From Catajapyx aquilonaris (taxonomy: Eukaryota), in contig KZ538075.1 of assembly GCA_000934665.2 (NCBI GenBank), forward strand, positions 1 through 64,000: a stretch of 64,000 bases of DNA, given 5' to 3'. How positions within the stretch are numbered: the stretch's first letter is position 1; every line of letters starts with the position of its first letter. Position numbers and translations under genes: made by a program. The notes below the pieces were generated by a model, which was given only the letters and a program-made list of their open reading frames with translations, did no database searches and was not told where the DNA came from. Positions 25,301 to 39,345 of this stretch are shown one piece after another.

Positions 25301-28300
25301 TAATATTTTGTCATGCATATTTGACTCCATCATGATCGAAGGGTTCCTATATTCCTATACATAACACGCGTGTTGCGCAAGCAACATGCCACTCGCAAAA
25401 CGTGACTTTGGCAAAGGATCAACTTATGGCATGATTGACAGAACCTTCTTCAAGGACCAAATTGCTTCCCCTTTTTTGTCTTCAGCCAAGCCTCAAGTCC
25501 GAGTGAAAGTCACTGCTTCCTGACCTTTAGCAAAAATTAGGCACGCGCTTGCACAATTGCCTAACTGTCAATTACTCCTTGTTTGTATTGGTGGACAATA
25601 GAAGAAACACCCCCATCAGCCACCAGAAATAAATTGAATATCTTGGTCTGGGTGCTGATAACGTGTTAACAAGGCTCCAAACTTCATACGACTCGTGACT
25701 GGAGCATCAGATAACAACAGATGCTCTGCACGTCCATATGATTGCATCCCAGTAGCACCTGGACACACCTCACATATTGAGATCCTGCGCAAACAAAATA
25801 TGTCCTCAACAACCCCAGAATTGGCAGGTGAACCAACCTGGTCATGCGGGACCAGCATTAAAAAAACACAGCTCCTATAACATCCGTACACACACCTCGA
25901 CATGACCAAAAGCTGCACGCATGAAAGTAGCCAGAATGATGAAATATTAGCCATTTCAATTTGGCATAGAGGCGCGTGGATAACTAACGCCCATTAGCGT
26001 AAAAGCTTTTGTTCGGGTGGCTCACACGCCTTCTCTATGACCGCAGTTGAGTTGTTTTGGTTATTATGCTTGCCCGCCGGATGGGAATATTGACTGGAGG
26101 GCCCCACGGTGTTTCCTCCTCCGACAAGAGAGCAGGTATACACTCGTGTACAGCAGGAGAGGGGTTGTCATGGTAACGCATCAGGGCCAAAGCGCTAAAT
26201 AACCGATGGGTTAATTGATGGAGATATCAACTTGGGAGGGGGAGAGATGGATAGGGAGGATTCATCCACAACATCACTTCAGGGTCAACTTGCCCCACTT
26301 TAAGTATGGAAAAAACACAAGGTCATCATGGCGGAATGTGATTTTGCATAGCACTCATCGGGAGGGCCAAAATTTTAATCATGTTTGAAAGCTATAGCGC
26401 AGACAGACTCGTAATGAGTAATCAGCAGGAAATTATTACGTGACTCTGTGTTGGCCAATGTAGGAATTTCATACTGCAAATTAGTCTTATTGGAAGGACG
26501 TTCCCTCTTTTGGTTTGTAATTAAGGTCATCTCGGCATTGCGCATAATAATATTCAACAATGGATATGTGGACAAAATATTATTACACGGACATACGGAT
26601 CTTTTTTTTTCTGCAGTGTTTTAAAACAATCCTCCTGCTCTGTCTGAAAAAAAATAGCCCCAAAATCGGAGCATGTCCTGGGGCAAGGTTGGGCCGTCAA
26701 AGCCCCCGAACGATGTAAGCTATTACAGGACTTGGCTCGGCGCAGAGTTATTATTCTAATGCGAGCAATAGCCACTATAACTAGGTCCACGCTTCTAAGC
26801 TACTTATAGGTTATGAGACACGCTTATTCACGCTCCCAAAAATTCATCTCGCTCCAGGGAGAACCGACTTCCCCCACCAATTTGCAAGGCAGAGTTTTTT
26901 TTTAAGCCTGATAATGATCAATGCTGTTATTGCGCTTATTATTTATTAATTTTAATTTATTATTGTCCATGTTATGGGGAAAATCTATACTTTCAGTGTT
27001 CAATGCAGAAATTTTTTAATCCTGATAAATTTGGTTTATTACATTTTTTTTTAAAAAAATTGCGACGTTATTGGGGAGTGGCCCTTTCTAATCCATTGTT
27101 GTTTAGCCCCCATGTTTTGCTTCCTATAAATAGAATTCCAGTCGAATTTGGACGCTGTCCAGAAGTGCTGTTGGCGTAATTAGTTTCCAGTTGGCTTTAT
27201 GAAAGGGGCGAGAAGCGGAAATGTGAGTTTGGATTTGAGTTCCGGACCGACTGAACTGATGGTATGGGTGGTAGGGGTGAGACAGAAAAAAATACCCCCC
27301 CCCCCCCCCAAAAAAAAAAAACCCCATCGGACTCTTCCCCCACACGTCGAGTATATGTTAGGCTGTAGAGAGGGTAGTGATAGCAACAACAAGTCTTTTT
27401 GGAGAGATGCTGCCTTGCATTCCATCCCATGGCCTTTCGCAGTACCAGTCCCTATCCCTAGTATCAATGCGCAGACTAATCGCCTCTGCATAAATTTTGA
27501 AGAGGATGGTACAAAAAGAAGACCAGGCGGTTGGGATTCATCACCAGGGTCCATTGAAAAGAGGCTGCTCGCACGTGGTGAGTAGTAGCTTCAGGCAGGG
27601 GTGGAGGGAGACCACAAGAAGTGCCATCTCCTGCCTTGCATTAAGTGGACAATTTGCAGGGGCAGAAGCTTAATGACGAAGCCCCCGTGCAGTAGGACAA
27701 AAACAGGCCCTCTGGCAGGTGTTGGGGGTTGAGAGAGTGTGAGAGAGTTTGAGCTATACGTGCGGTGTATATACACACCCGGTGTAGTGTATACCTTCGT
27801 TGCTGCTGTCAGGCTGCACTGAATGGACATGGGTTATGTAACGGCCATTCAAGGCACCTTTTCCCTGTTTGGATGCACTTACGCCCGCTTGTTTATGAGC
27901 TGAAAGTAGGTTTGTTACGCGGTGTTTTCCACATGGGGGACAGGGGCTGGGCGTCTGTATCTCCTCAAAATGACTTTTGCATGTTATTGTCATTTTTTGG
28001 GAGGGCCAGAGGGGCGTCCTTTGCGGGCATGGCACTTTCAAGTAGGTTAGTGCTTTGATTAATATTCATTATTTGAACGAGCTTGGACGAGTCGAAAAAA
28101 TGCGGCTGTTTTGTTCCGGGTACTCATACCGCAAGCGGAGATCGTAAGATAGCATCATTCCCCTCCCTTTTGACGAAGCGCGTCCTGAAAAAAAAAAAGG
28201 TGGATGACACAGTGACACTGACAAAGTCGATAAATTAAAAGGGATAATCGCATGCAAGGAAACATTTAACCCAGCTCGGCATGGAGCCGCTAATTGCAAG

Positions 28301-31300
28301 TGCGTTGCAATGACTTGTACTCATTCGTTCGGCCCTACGCAATAATAGATGGACAAAAGCACAAAAGAGTCAGCCGGAGAGATTTAGGAGGAAAGAGTCT
28401 TCCGGGCAGTTGGAATGAATAAATTAAAGGGGATGAAACTGGCAGATGAGTAATGGAGTGAATCAGAGGGGAGATGGGGTGGGTGGGGTGGGGGGATTAA
28501 ACTTTGCGCCTTGAAGCGGCTGCCATCAAAATTCCGCATTGACCATTCACCATCCCCCGGTTGTCATGGTGGGGCCGGAAGAGGGGGGCAATATACAGTA
28601 TGCAGGGCTCGGTGTGAGGAAAATGTCGTTAAGTTACCTTCTTGGTCAAAGTCCCTGGTGGGAGCAACATTAAGGGTTCGGATTCTGCGTCGTTCTGGCT
28701 CCAATTGGGCCTGCTAATCTGGTCGACTATGTCCTAATGATTCCGGTGATTCCCCCACAACCTTGCCTCCAACCTACTTCTCGGTTTCCCCTGGCGACGC
28801 CCTAAAGAAAGGACCCTGGAGTCCTGGAAGTACATAATATTTATAAATTCCAAATAATACAATGCTACTTATATTTAGTGCGGTACATTACATTTGAGGG
28901 TAGTTGCAGCTACACTGTTATACGAAATGGCAATATTTTTTTGTAAAAATTATTTACCTTAATAAGCATAGGTTTCTTAAATTAACATGTGAAACACTGA
29001 TCGGGGCTGGATTTAAAATAACTTCTCATTAATTTGATATTAAAATGTGTTAAGGTTATTGACTTTCATGTACAATATACACGATATACCCTGTATACAA
29101 TAGTCAGTATTTTTGTGAAAAAAAACATAATAATCGTGATAATAATTGACACAACTGATGTCAGAAACGCTGGGTCGAAAGTGAATATTGGCAGTCAGCA
29201 AGGCTGAATGCAAATCAGCATATATGCATAGCCACATTATAGCTCAGAAGGCAAGTGAAACTTTCCAGAAGCGTATAAAAAAAACTGAATAATGTATTGG
29301 GGGACATTTAGTTCCAAGGCTGCGTATTGGCTACTATCGACGGCTGCACCGTTCAGGGGGGTCGAGGCCTGGGCTACTTGATTAGCTTCTCTTACCAGCC
29401 AGGGGCCGGGAAATCTTCATTTAAATTCTAATCAAGGGTCTCCAAGGACGGGGCAGAGGGAAGGCGCCCCCGTGTGTCACTGCAGCTTGGCTTCCGTGGG
29501 GCCAATTTGCCGGGAATTTTAAAGTCCGTGCCGCTGCGGGCGGCCAATTAATCGACCTTGCAAGGAAAGGGGAGGTTGGGTTTCCAGGGGGTGGTAGGTC
29601 CTTCGGCTTCTCTTGGGGGTCCTCCCCCTTTTCTTATTTCCCTTCCTCCTTTTCGGCCAATTCTATTTGGGCCCAAAGTTGTCCCGTGGGAGGAGCAAAT
29701 CAGGGAGGGACATGTGAGAGACTCTCTTGAAGCCAGGGCATGCATCAGGGTAGGCTCGGGTCATAGGGCAAGCTTTTGGCCTGCTTATGATAATGATTTA
29801 TAAATAATTCTGAAGTGTTTGTGTAGTTCATTAATATAATGAAATTATCAGACAGTTTACAATCTTTTTAAAAAAGAGGTGACGTTTCAAAAGTATCATA
29901 TGGCTAATTAGTATATTTGATTTTTTCGGCGTTTTGAATAGGAATTAGGTATATGTGTAAATACGTAGTATGCACTTCATGACGGTGGGGATCTGTGTTC
30001 AAAATATCGAAGCTCTACCTGCAGCAGAATTTCAGTTAGGGCGAATAAAAAGCAACGTAACAACAAGAACAAATTGGAACAATTCAGTGTTGAAATGGTA
30101 TAGTGGTCGTTTAAAAAAACATTAAAAATAATATCTTCACCGAGTTATTTGCAGTCCTGAAAATTTCAGTGCGATTTTCCACCAAAAATCGAAGGATCTT
30201 TTGCAATGGCAGTGTAGTACAACATGCATTGTGTCGACTATTACATCCCTGACCGGGTTGAATGGTATAGTGGACATGACTAATCTTGCTAATCTATGCA
30301 CTGATGCAACCACCGGTAGCCAAAAAAAGCGCAAGTGCTGGAGGCCCCGCCTGCGGACATTAAATTGCCAAACTGCATATTTGCATAGGATTCGGTACAT
30401 TTGATATATCTGGGATCCCTTTAAATTACAGGTTTAAAAAAATTAGAAACCTACAGCTAACGTCGCAGTTTTGTGAATCAGCTTGTCTCTGCGTTAAGGC
30501 CAAACAGCTTTTTTATTAGGAGTGAAATGGCCTTCGTGAAGGGTTAGCGTAGCCATCGTTGCGCCTTATGCTTCAATAATGTTTTGCCTTAATGTAGGTC
30601 TAAGCAGCAACTTCTCACTCCAGAGCAATATCCCAAATTCCTTCCCGCCTAAGCCCGGGCCGCACCATTTAAAGGGGGTTGTGATTTTTTTTTCCTAACC
30701 CCCCCTGTTCTTTTAATTTCTGCCGAGACTGCCGTCGTTGTGCCGAACAAGTTTAAACTTTCCCCTGGGTTTGAGTCCTCCTCTTGCCAATCTTAAGCGC
30801 GCACTTTACAACTTGCAAGTTTGGCGCGGTGCTTTTAAGGAAGAAGGCAGTAAGGAGCAGGGGAGGAGAGGGGGGATTGGGGGGTGTCCTTTGTGCGTTA
30901 TGAGTTTCCTTAGTCCCTGGTTTAAACTCCTCCCTGACACTTGGCGTCACTCGATTGAAACAGGCGCTGGCTGGGAATCGAGTTTGGCCAAACTTCCTAC
31001 TCTACTCCCAACTACTCTTCCGTCGTACGCGTGCCTTCCTTCCGCCATACTACACCGAGTTTTAAATAATTATCTTTTGAAAATGTTCCCGATTAAGACG
31101 TTGGGAGATTTAATTCCCATCCGGATCGATTCTTGGCTCCCCCTTCCCTCCCCAATTCACGTCACAGGAGTCTCCTGTGACAAACCCGACCTGACGTGGC
31201 ACGCCATGAGGGTTGCGTTCACTAAGGATACTGATTACAGTTCCGGCAGATGGTTTTATTTTGTTAGGAATAAGAGGGAGAGGTCTTTAGAAGGTTTTTT

Positions 31301-32152
31301 TTTTCACTCCCTGAGCTTTTTGGCTGTTTAAGTTTTCTAAGGTCGAGGGTGGGGATGGCCAGGTGGAGCCATCTTGGACACAGCTGGCCACTTCCGTGAG
31401 CTTGCAGTTTTCTACACTGCCTATACATAACGCCAACAGCCGTTCAATCCTAATCTTGCTCATTGCCAAACCACCGGACAATAGACAACGTAAAAAACAG
31501 TACGCAAGTTTGGACTTATCGCGCCAAGCCTGTTTCCCAGAAGTGGTGGCACCACGACGATAGCACCGGGGCAGCAAAAGACGGAAGAGGTTCGGTTACT
31601 ATCAAGATGAAAGACGGAACTTCCATTTCAGCGTCTTTCCGGCCACCAAGTCAGGAAGTCCATATACCGGGCCAGCAGCAAAGCAAGACAAGAATATATC
31701 AAGCGGAAAGAAACCGGGAGAGGTGTAAAGGAAGTCCGGAGGGAAACATTTTCCCCCTACCTCGATCTTTACGGATGGTCTTCGCTGGTCTAAATTTAAC
31801 CCGCCAAGTATTGGTCCATCTTAAAAAGTGCGGCGGTAGAGGCCTCTAATTCTCCTCTTCCGCCTCCGGAGGCTGCTGCTGATGCTGCCGTTTCGGTCTC
31901 GGCTTCAGGCATCTCAGAGTGTCCGCTTTCTTTTTCGCCCGCACTCACTCCAAGTTTGGTGCTATATGGCGGGGTTTAAAATAGGAACCTTTGTTTCACC
32001 CTCTACCCTTACGGAAGTAGTGTGACTGGAAGGATTTTATGCTGCGTCTTTTTCAAGGCCTGCATCATTTTTGGCGGACATTCATTCAATAGTATACTTT
32101 CAGAGTCAGCTAGACACTAGAACTTTTGCGGATCTTCATAGGCAAAGGTTTG

Positions 32153-32254
32153 CTTCAGGAAAGAGCAGAGGCTACATCAGACATCGTGGTTCGTTACATT
32201 GCAGATAAAATGAAAACAAGCTGGTTTGGTTGGGCTGGGCATGTGGAACGCCGT
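32153..32254 (+). mobile_element. RTE-clade LINE ORF2 3' fragment
   Basis: LQERAEATSDIVVRYIADKMKTSWFGWAGHVERR contains the W(A/F)GHV.R motif preceded by an I.DK(M/I) segment, characteristic of the C-terminal part of RTE ORF2. Only ~100 bp is recognisable. Confidence 0.65.
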
Positions 32255-35200
32255 AAAGGTAGGGGTGCAGGTGTTGCACTTTTATCTTTTCAGAGTTGCA
32301 TCTGTGATGACCGCATCATGCTGGTCTTATGTGCGACTGCAGTACAATGCACTACAGATGGGATTAATAATTATTTAGTCCTTTTTTATTAGAATGTGCT
32401 CCGAGTTGCGCTAATTATATTGCAAATACTGCATGAGCAGTAAAAGACATCATATGGCATTAACATGTATAGGCCTGAGCTCTTTTCTCTTGGCTGTAAA
32501 GCGTTTGCATAATGTAATTGTGCTGTGTAAATTAGTTTAGTGTTATCAAAGAAACACAGGGTGTTTAGAAACTATGTGTGCAAAAATAAGAGATAGGGTA
32601 GACCAATACAAACATTTGTTGTCAATGAATGTGTGTCCGCTGACGTCATCCTTCCGCGCTCCCGGCGCTGCATAAATTATGCAGTAGCCATTTGTAAATC
32701 GGACAGCACATGCAACATGGACCGTTTTACGACTGCTGAGATGACTGACGTGCATAGAAGTCTTAGAAGGTCAAAGAGTCGGCCTGTAGCATCTTTGAGC
32801 ACCTTCTTTGAATAAATTAATATTTTCACACTTGTTTCCATTCATTTATATGTACCAGCTCCACTGATAATATCTGTCAGCGCCCTTTAGCACCGAAGAG
32901 GACACACATTCTTGGAAGAAATGGTTTGTCTTGTTGTTCCCTCTCTCCAATTAAAATATGTACAAATAGTCTTTAAACACCTATTGCAAGAAGTATTTTA
33001 TCCTTTTAGTTTCGTCTGAAAATGACTTCGGCTGAAATGCAGACATTAATTATTCCCCGAATTCGTTCGCGTATTTTTTTAAAAATATACAGAAGACTAT
33101 TACTTGTAACCTATAGAACACAGCAGATGCATCCTTCTCAAAAAGCAACTGACCGTTGCGTTCCCGTCTGGAGATGCTGCCGTTCCCCCATTTCCCCTTT
33201 AACCCCACATCCTGGGTGTGCCCTCTGGCCACTCTGGCTCTTGGAGGGGGAAAAAATGAAAATGAAAAAGCAGGCGGTGCCCTTGGGCAATAGGGAAAGG
33301 TTCGGGGTCAGGGGCTTTACAGAGGGGGTGGGTTGATGGCCACCAAGGGCCGAGTGAGGGTTCTGGAGTCCAGGAAAAAGTTGGCCCCCGTCATACCAAG
33401 CTTGATGATTTAGAGCTTTTTTTCTCTCTCTCTCCCCCTCACCCCCAATCCTTCCCATCTCGGCCCTTAATAGAGGCCTTGCTAGCCACAAAGCATAAAA
33501 ATAGCTGGGTGCCTGCTCGCCTGCTGAGGACATTTTCTCCACTGCACTGCTGTTACACACCCATGCAGGGAATTCAACTCTAAATCCCTTGATTCCCAGC
33601 CTCATTGTCCCTGAAGCAGTCCAGGGTAGGTCGCGGAGGTGATTAAGCCTTGGGCCAGGATGATGTGAGCCAGGGGGGTTATGCATGCGATAAAATAAGC
33701 AGGCAGCTGGGCACGTGTCCGAGCGGACACTCCTCAATTGTCTGGATGCTGGTCAGTCAGCCGGACCTCTTTGAAAAACCCACCCCCAAAAAACCGGGGA
33801 AAGGGGGAGAGAGGCCCAAAACAGGCCAGCCGTGCCCTTTTTCATTCAGGGGAACAATCAGCACTGATCGGCTGGCCGGCTGTCGAGCAAATGTGCCGGA
33901 AAAATACGGCCAGCATGATTGTGTCCACCGACGCCCTCCCAGAAGAAAAAGAGATGGATGGATAGCTGGAAGTAACCATTGGCCAAACAACGGCTGTCTA
34001 ATCCAGTACCAACGGGTAGCAAACACCACTTTGCCAAATGGCACAAAAATATGCTTAGATGGTACCCCTAGTTTCTACTGTCGTAGTGTCTCCACCCACC
34101 AGCAATCTGCTGCCATTCTCACCCACGGGAGCTTTTCAATAAATGCGAGTCCCCCCCACCCCTACCACCACACACGCTGACCATCATCTCCGGATTCTCC
34201 CCCAAAAGCCATCTCTCCCATCCCTATCCCGCCCCGAGAGCATTTTTAAAGGCATAACAAAACACGCCGGGGCTTCCACGTCACGGGGGGAACTCTAGCC
34301 GGTGAAAAATGACCCAGGACCCACTATGCGTCTCCGATTAGGATCAAAATGGACGATGCCGGACGGGGTCCACCATTGCGTGATGGAGCGGCCCTGTTTC
34401 CTCCAGCGACGTTGTCAAGCCTCGGATTATTAGGAAAAGGGGGAGACAAAGAAATGTTGGCGCATCACGGAGCAACCACTCTTGGGGTTCAGTATTTCCA
34501 CTGCAATTAACAGTATACGGTATTTCACATGGGGTAAAAACTGGTCGCCAAGTGCCATTGAATTGCTTCGAGAGAGTTGCTCGGGTGAGCAACCAACCCA
34601 TTTATCTCGTCTTACGACCGTTATTACTTCAAAAACATTATATGGCTACTTGGAGTATACACTCTGCCATTATTTCTGAGGACAATTCACGGTCATGGCA
34701 ACATCGACCACCCCCTCTTTTTTTTGTTACATCGACAGATGTATATGGGAAGGCTACGTTTGCAGATCGTTCTAAGTGGGCTCCCCGTCCGATTGGTCAT
34801 TGCGGGAAATATGGCTGCCTGCGTGATGTATGAGCTGGCCTCCAACCTCAGCAAGGGGAGATATGAAACACTTCATCGGCCCCGCATGGCCGGCCATCAC
34901 CCTTAGTTGTACTGTGTTGTGCTGGGGGGGACAGGGAGGGGGATAGAGAAAAAAAGAAAGAAAACAGGAGGGTAGTTTTTCGTGAGGGATCAGGAGTGTC
35001 CGGCGTGTTGTGGGCAATGAATCATAGGGTGGGTTGATTTGGAGAGATTTTAAAGACCTGCAACAGTGTTGTCGATTCACTTGTAAATGGGCGTTACTGT
35101 ATGGCTGATGGACATTTGATTGCGAAGAAATGCTACTTATAGGATAGAATAATTAAAAATTGCCAAAATGAAACTTTTTTTTCTTTCATGATATGATATT

Positions 35201-36594
35201 GTAAACAGATGTGCAGTCAAATATTGCGCCAGATTCATGAGATGAAATCTCCAGAGTTGAGCGTTGTATTATTGGACACCCCTGGGACCGGACGTTTCTT
35301 TGAAAAAATATGGAAAATTTGTGAAAAGCGTGCTTTTGCCCGGGTGTCCGCTCCATTCTTTCCCTGCCAAAAATGCGTGATGCGCGAGGGGGGGAACCCC
35401 TATGCAACCCAAAAGCAGTTTAGGACCAGGGCGTTCGCGGATTCAGTTTCACATCAGATAGGAAAAACCTCCTGCACGTGAGGGTCGGACCATAGAGACC
35501 TTCCGTGGTCACCCTCAGGATTTTCCGATTCTATACCACGTGTTAAATTGCCAAGCCTGCATGGGGTCAGCCACATGCTCCTATGGACATGAGCAATCGA
35601 AGGATCAGATTTCACCTGGAGGGTATTCTTTAGCGGACGATGACTTGCTTGGACGGACCAAAAACCTACGAGACAAAGCTCCATCATGTTGAAGACGGTT
35701 TTTTATCTTCCGTATAAACACTTCCACTCAGGTCCGTCTCTCCTCCCATCCTAGTGGGGACATCAGATTGTGAGAATTGTTTTGAAAAGTTCCATTTGTC
35801 CTTCCAACTAGTGCCCTTCCTCTGGTCCCAAACATCCTCCTTTTCGGAACCTTCCCTTTTTTTCCTCCCAGGCATTTTTTTGTCTCCCCTCCTTTTTTTA
35901 AAACCTAGGGGACACTTGACAATGTGACCTGGAGGCTATTGGTGTCTAACATGGCATTGGGAACTCTCCAGCGGTCCCGTCTGCACGTTTTTCATCCCCT
36001 TTTTTTGCTCTTCTTTTTAACGGTCATCCCCACAAATGGTCAGCACCTGCTCCACATTTTTGCTGGATCAAGTTACATCATTCACTCATAAATAGAGCAT
36101 GCTGATCTACTAGCTTTGGACGGGCTTAGGCATGTTGGCATACAGCTTCCACTTAGGACTATGCTTGACCAAATATTGAACCGGATTCGGACCTTCCGCA
36201 GATAAAGCGGTAAAAATTTCTCACGCATAACGTGCACTGCCGGTATATCAAATGTCAGCTTAAGCCCAATGTGGACTTTGGGTTCAATTAACGAAAGGAA
36301 AGCGAGGGAGAGATCATACACTAGTCATAAATTCAGTTTGTAATCTGCACTCAAATGCTTTTGCACATATGTTTATTGAAGTGATTTGGCCAAAATATAA
36401 TGAGCGTGTCGAGCGTGTGGTGATTTTTGACTGCATACGTGGTAATAGAAAGCTCAAATTGTGAGTGTGAGAGGTAGGGTTGGGGAGGGATGATATGGAG
36501 ACAAAAAAATTGACATAAGGTTCGGTTATTGGAATAGCAATGAATCATGGGGAGAGGGAAGGGATTTTTTTTTGAACAGTGGGAAAATCCGGCT

Positions 36595-36675
36595 TCCCAC
36601 ATCGAGGCGGGTATCGAACTTGGGACCTCAGAAGTGGTGAGTAGTGGACTTAACAGCTGCACTACCATGCGGGCC
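36595..36675 (-). mobile_element. tRNA-derived SINE head
   Basis: Minus strand GGCCCGCATGGTAGTGCAGCTGTTAAGTCCACTACTCACCACTTCTGAGGTCCCAAGTTCGATACCCGCC has A-box-like and B-box (GTTCGATAC) segments at tRNA spacing. It shares a 16-mer with 8541-8556. The acceptor and anticodon stems do not form properly. Confidence 0.7.
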
Positions 36676-39300
36676 AAGCCTAAAAATAAGGTGCATAAAA
36701 GTACACATACCAAACGTTCCAGAAGTCAACTCAGATCTGTGTCGGTGGAAATCCCATGTAATCTCCTGACACTTTGATGGGAGTTTTCAGGCTGAATTGC
36801 ACATGTGTGTGGAGTACACCCACGCTTTTCCAGAAGCTTGTCAACTTGAGTAAGACGTGTGTGCATGATGATGTAGATATGATCTGATGTTATGATGTAC
36901 CCGATAAGTGCCTATATTAGTAACATTATCATTTTAAAAATATGTAATATACTGCATGCTATACATATTCGCTACAGATTGATATGGTTTTTATTCGTGG
37001 TATTAGTCGCATCATTTACTGCATAAAAGTTGACTGCTTATGAATCCATCATGCCGTGGCCGAACGCAGAAAATCGTTCATTAAAAAACCGCCAGTTTTC
37101 GTCTAATAATTGAGCTAATAACATCGCACATAAATATGCTCATCGCCTAACATGGCAATTTCGTACCGATTTAACGCAAAAATGGGCCCATGCCCAAATG
37201 ACCGTCAGCATTAAAAAAAATAGAAAATAACGTCGGCTAGTTATAAAGGTTACGATGCAGGTTCCAGCTTGGCCTCCGATCTTTTCCTTCTCAGCAATGG
37301 CCGCAGTAGACCCTTTGGCACGAGATCCATGCTGGTGCATATCAACACGTGATTATCTGTATTGAAAAGACCCGCCTCCCCCTTTTTTTCCTGGCAGCTG
37401 CTTTCTACTCCTCCCCAGAAAAATATGCTGCCGCTGCAAACTTTCCAACCACGGACTTGTGTAACGCCCATAAGCTCATTTTGTATAGTTTTGGTCAGTC
37501 CCTTGACAGGGTGCGGGAGAGTATTTAATTACCACTTTCTTGGAAGCTCTTTTGTGCCCATAGGCGATACGGGAGGGATTAGGCATGTTTTGCATATTGA
37601 AATGAAAGGGATTAAGTCATTAAATTCTTTCTCGAGACCCAGTTGTCAGGGAAATTACATGCAAAGTGGATATATATTTTTGTTTACCCCTTTTTAGAGG
37701 ATGAAATTTATTGGAGTAGATTTGAGGGAAACTGATGACTAGAATCACGTAATCCACAGCGCATGTCAAATTGTAACTGATGCCGGTTCCGACGCCAGAT
37801 TAGTAACACACGACCTGAAATTCCGCCAGGATATGGATCCAATTTGTAGAAAAACGCGTTAGTGTTCATGACAGTGAAAGCAGCGTGGATAATGCAAACG
37901 GGACGTACATCTTCAATTAGAAAGGTAAAAAAAAAGAGAAATGAAAATTAAAAATGCAATGTCAAAGTGAGCGAAGCCGCAAGGTTTCTCTGAGACCATC
38001 TGAAATCCAGGCTCCCTACGGAGGTCCATTGTGAGGTTGAGGCCACCCAAGGCTGCAATTCCTTTGGTCGTCCGGACAGTCATTAGCTGCAGGGACCGAC
38101 CCCAACTCCACCCAGACAGACATTCCTGCCTTCTTGGAAATGGATGGGAACCAGTGTCTTTTGTTTCTACGCAATCGGATCCTGGCTTCGGTTTCGGTTC
38201 CCCAGGTGCAGCAGTCTGTTCATTTCGTCAAGTGAAAGAGGGCCATAAATACCCGACGTGTAATTGAATATGGTGTGTCGGAGCTACTTGGCTGAGAGTC
38301 CCCTCGCTGTCCACTTTGCGAAAACAGGAACAGATATCTACAAAAATAATGCGCTTTGAGGTGCTGCCAGAGTCCCCCCGGATTACTCATTACGCATAAA
38401 AATAGTTATGGTGTAGGCAAAGCCTACGCGACCAGCTTTGGTCGTTGACTGATGAGACATGGGCCTCATGTCCTGACTAGGACCATCTTGAACTGACCTG
38501 AGAGGAATGTTCGGGAGGCCCTTAGGATGGAGGTCTGTTATTTAGGGCAGAGTGTATTTTCGCTTGCTGACCATGCAACGACCGACGTCAGCAGCACAGG
38601 AGGGGAGTATGAACATGGCGAGGGGAAAGGGTCCAGCTACTGAGGGCAGTGGGGGTCTTGCAGAAGAGACGCTAGCTGGGAGACTGGTTATTTTTGAGTC
38701 CCAGCCTCCACCTCCTCCTCTTCGGGGGGTGCCTTTGAACCCGCGATGAATCAAGCCTCCCAAATGTTGCGTTCACACCAGGAAGAAGGGTTCATCTAGT
38801 TCAAGTTTGCGGGGGGAACGCACGTGATGCCATGTTGGTTGCATACTCACTAGGAGACGGACGGGAGGGGAGTACCAAACCTACTGACCTCATAGCACCA
38901 GTCCCCGAGTGTAAATCACGGGTCAGATAAGATGGTCAGAAATGTGGTCCAAATGGAACACATTTTTTTTTCTACGGTTGGGCTCAAGCGTTGGTGCTTT
39001 TTTGTAGCTGGAAAAACAGGTAGAAAAAAACCTGATAAACAAAAGTAATTACCAGAATCCGGTTTTTCCGGTCATAATAGCGTCGCACAGTGAGGGGGTA
39101 CCATATCAGCTGTGACAAATGCTCATGATACCGGTGCTGGTAATATTGCGTGATATCTTATTCTGGTGCATGAGCCTTCCTCAAAAAAGTGCCGGCAATC
39201 TTTCTTTGGGCAGTGTTGTGTTGTTGTTTTTTTCTTTCCAAGTCTCAGATGTGGCCAAGTTGGATGGGTTTAGGGAGCTAAATTTGGTCCTTACTAACCT

Positions 39301-39345
39301 CCCCACCCACCCACCCACCCATCCGTCCATCCATCCATCCGTCCC
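39301..39345. repeat. Compound (CCCA)n(TCCA)n microsatellite
   Basis: CCCCACCCACCCACCCACCCATCCGTCCATCCATCCATCCGTCCC. Confidence 0.9.

Noticed and set aside
25616..25954. CEVC...EHLLL resembling a LINE C-terminal zinc knuckle
   Set aside because: The final Cys is absent, spacing is off, and there is no other supporting motif.
29820..30424. AT-rich block ending in CCCT|TTAA like a Kolobok-type element end
   Set aside because: No matching left terminus found, so the element cannot be delimited.
33138..34180. Longest ORFs (199 aa minus, 176 aa plus; also 197 aa at 30738 and 153 aa at 46557)
   Set aside because: No recognisable domain, non-ATG starts, and translation through homopolymers and simple repeats; expected by chance in GC-richer DNA.
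36579..36600. Inverted GTGGGAA/TTCCCAC pair resembling a Su(H) paired site
   Set aside because: The spacer is 8 bp rather than about 15-17 bp, and it lies at a SINE fragment.
38872..38892. Minus-strand TGAGGTCAGTAGGTTTGG similar to let-7
   Set aside because: An extra base disrupts the seed, the 3' half diverges, and no precursor hairpin is evident.
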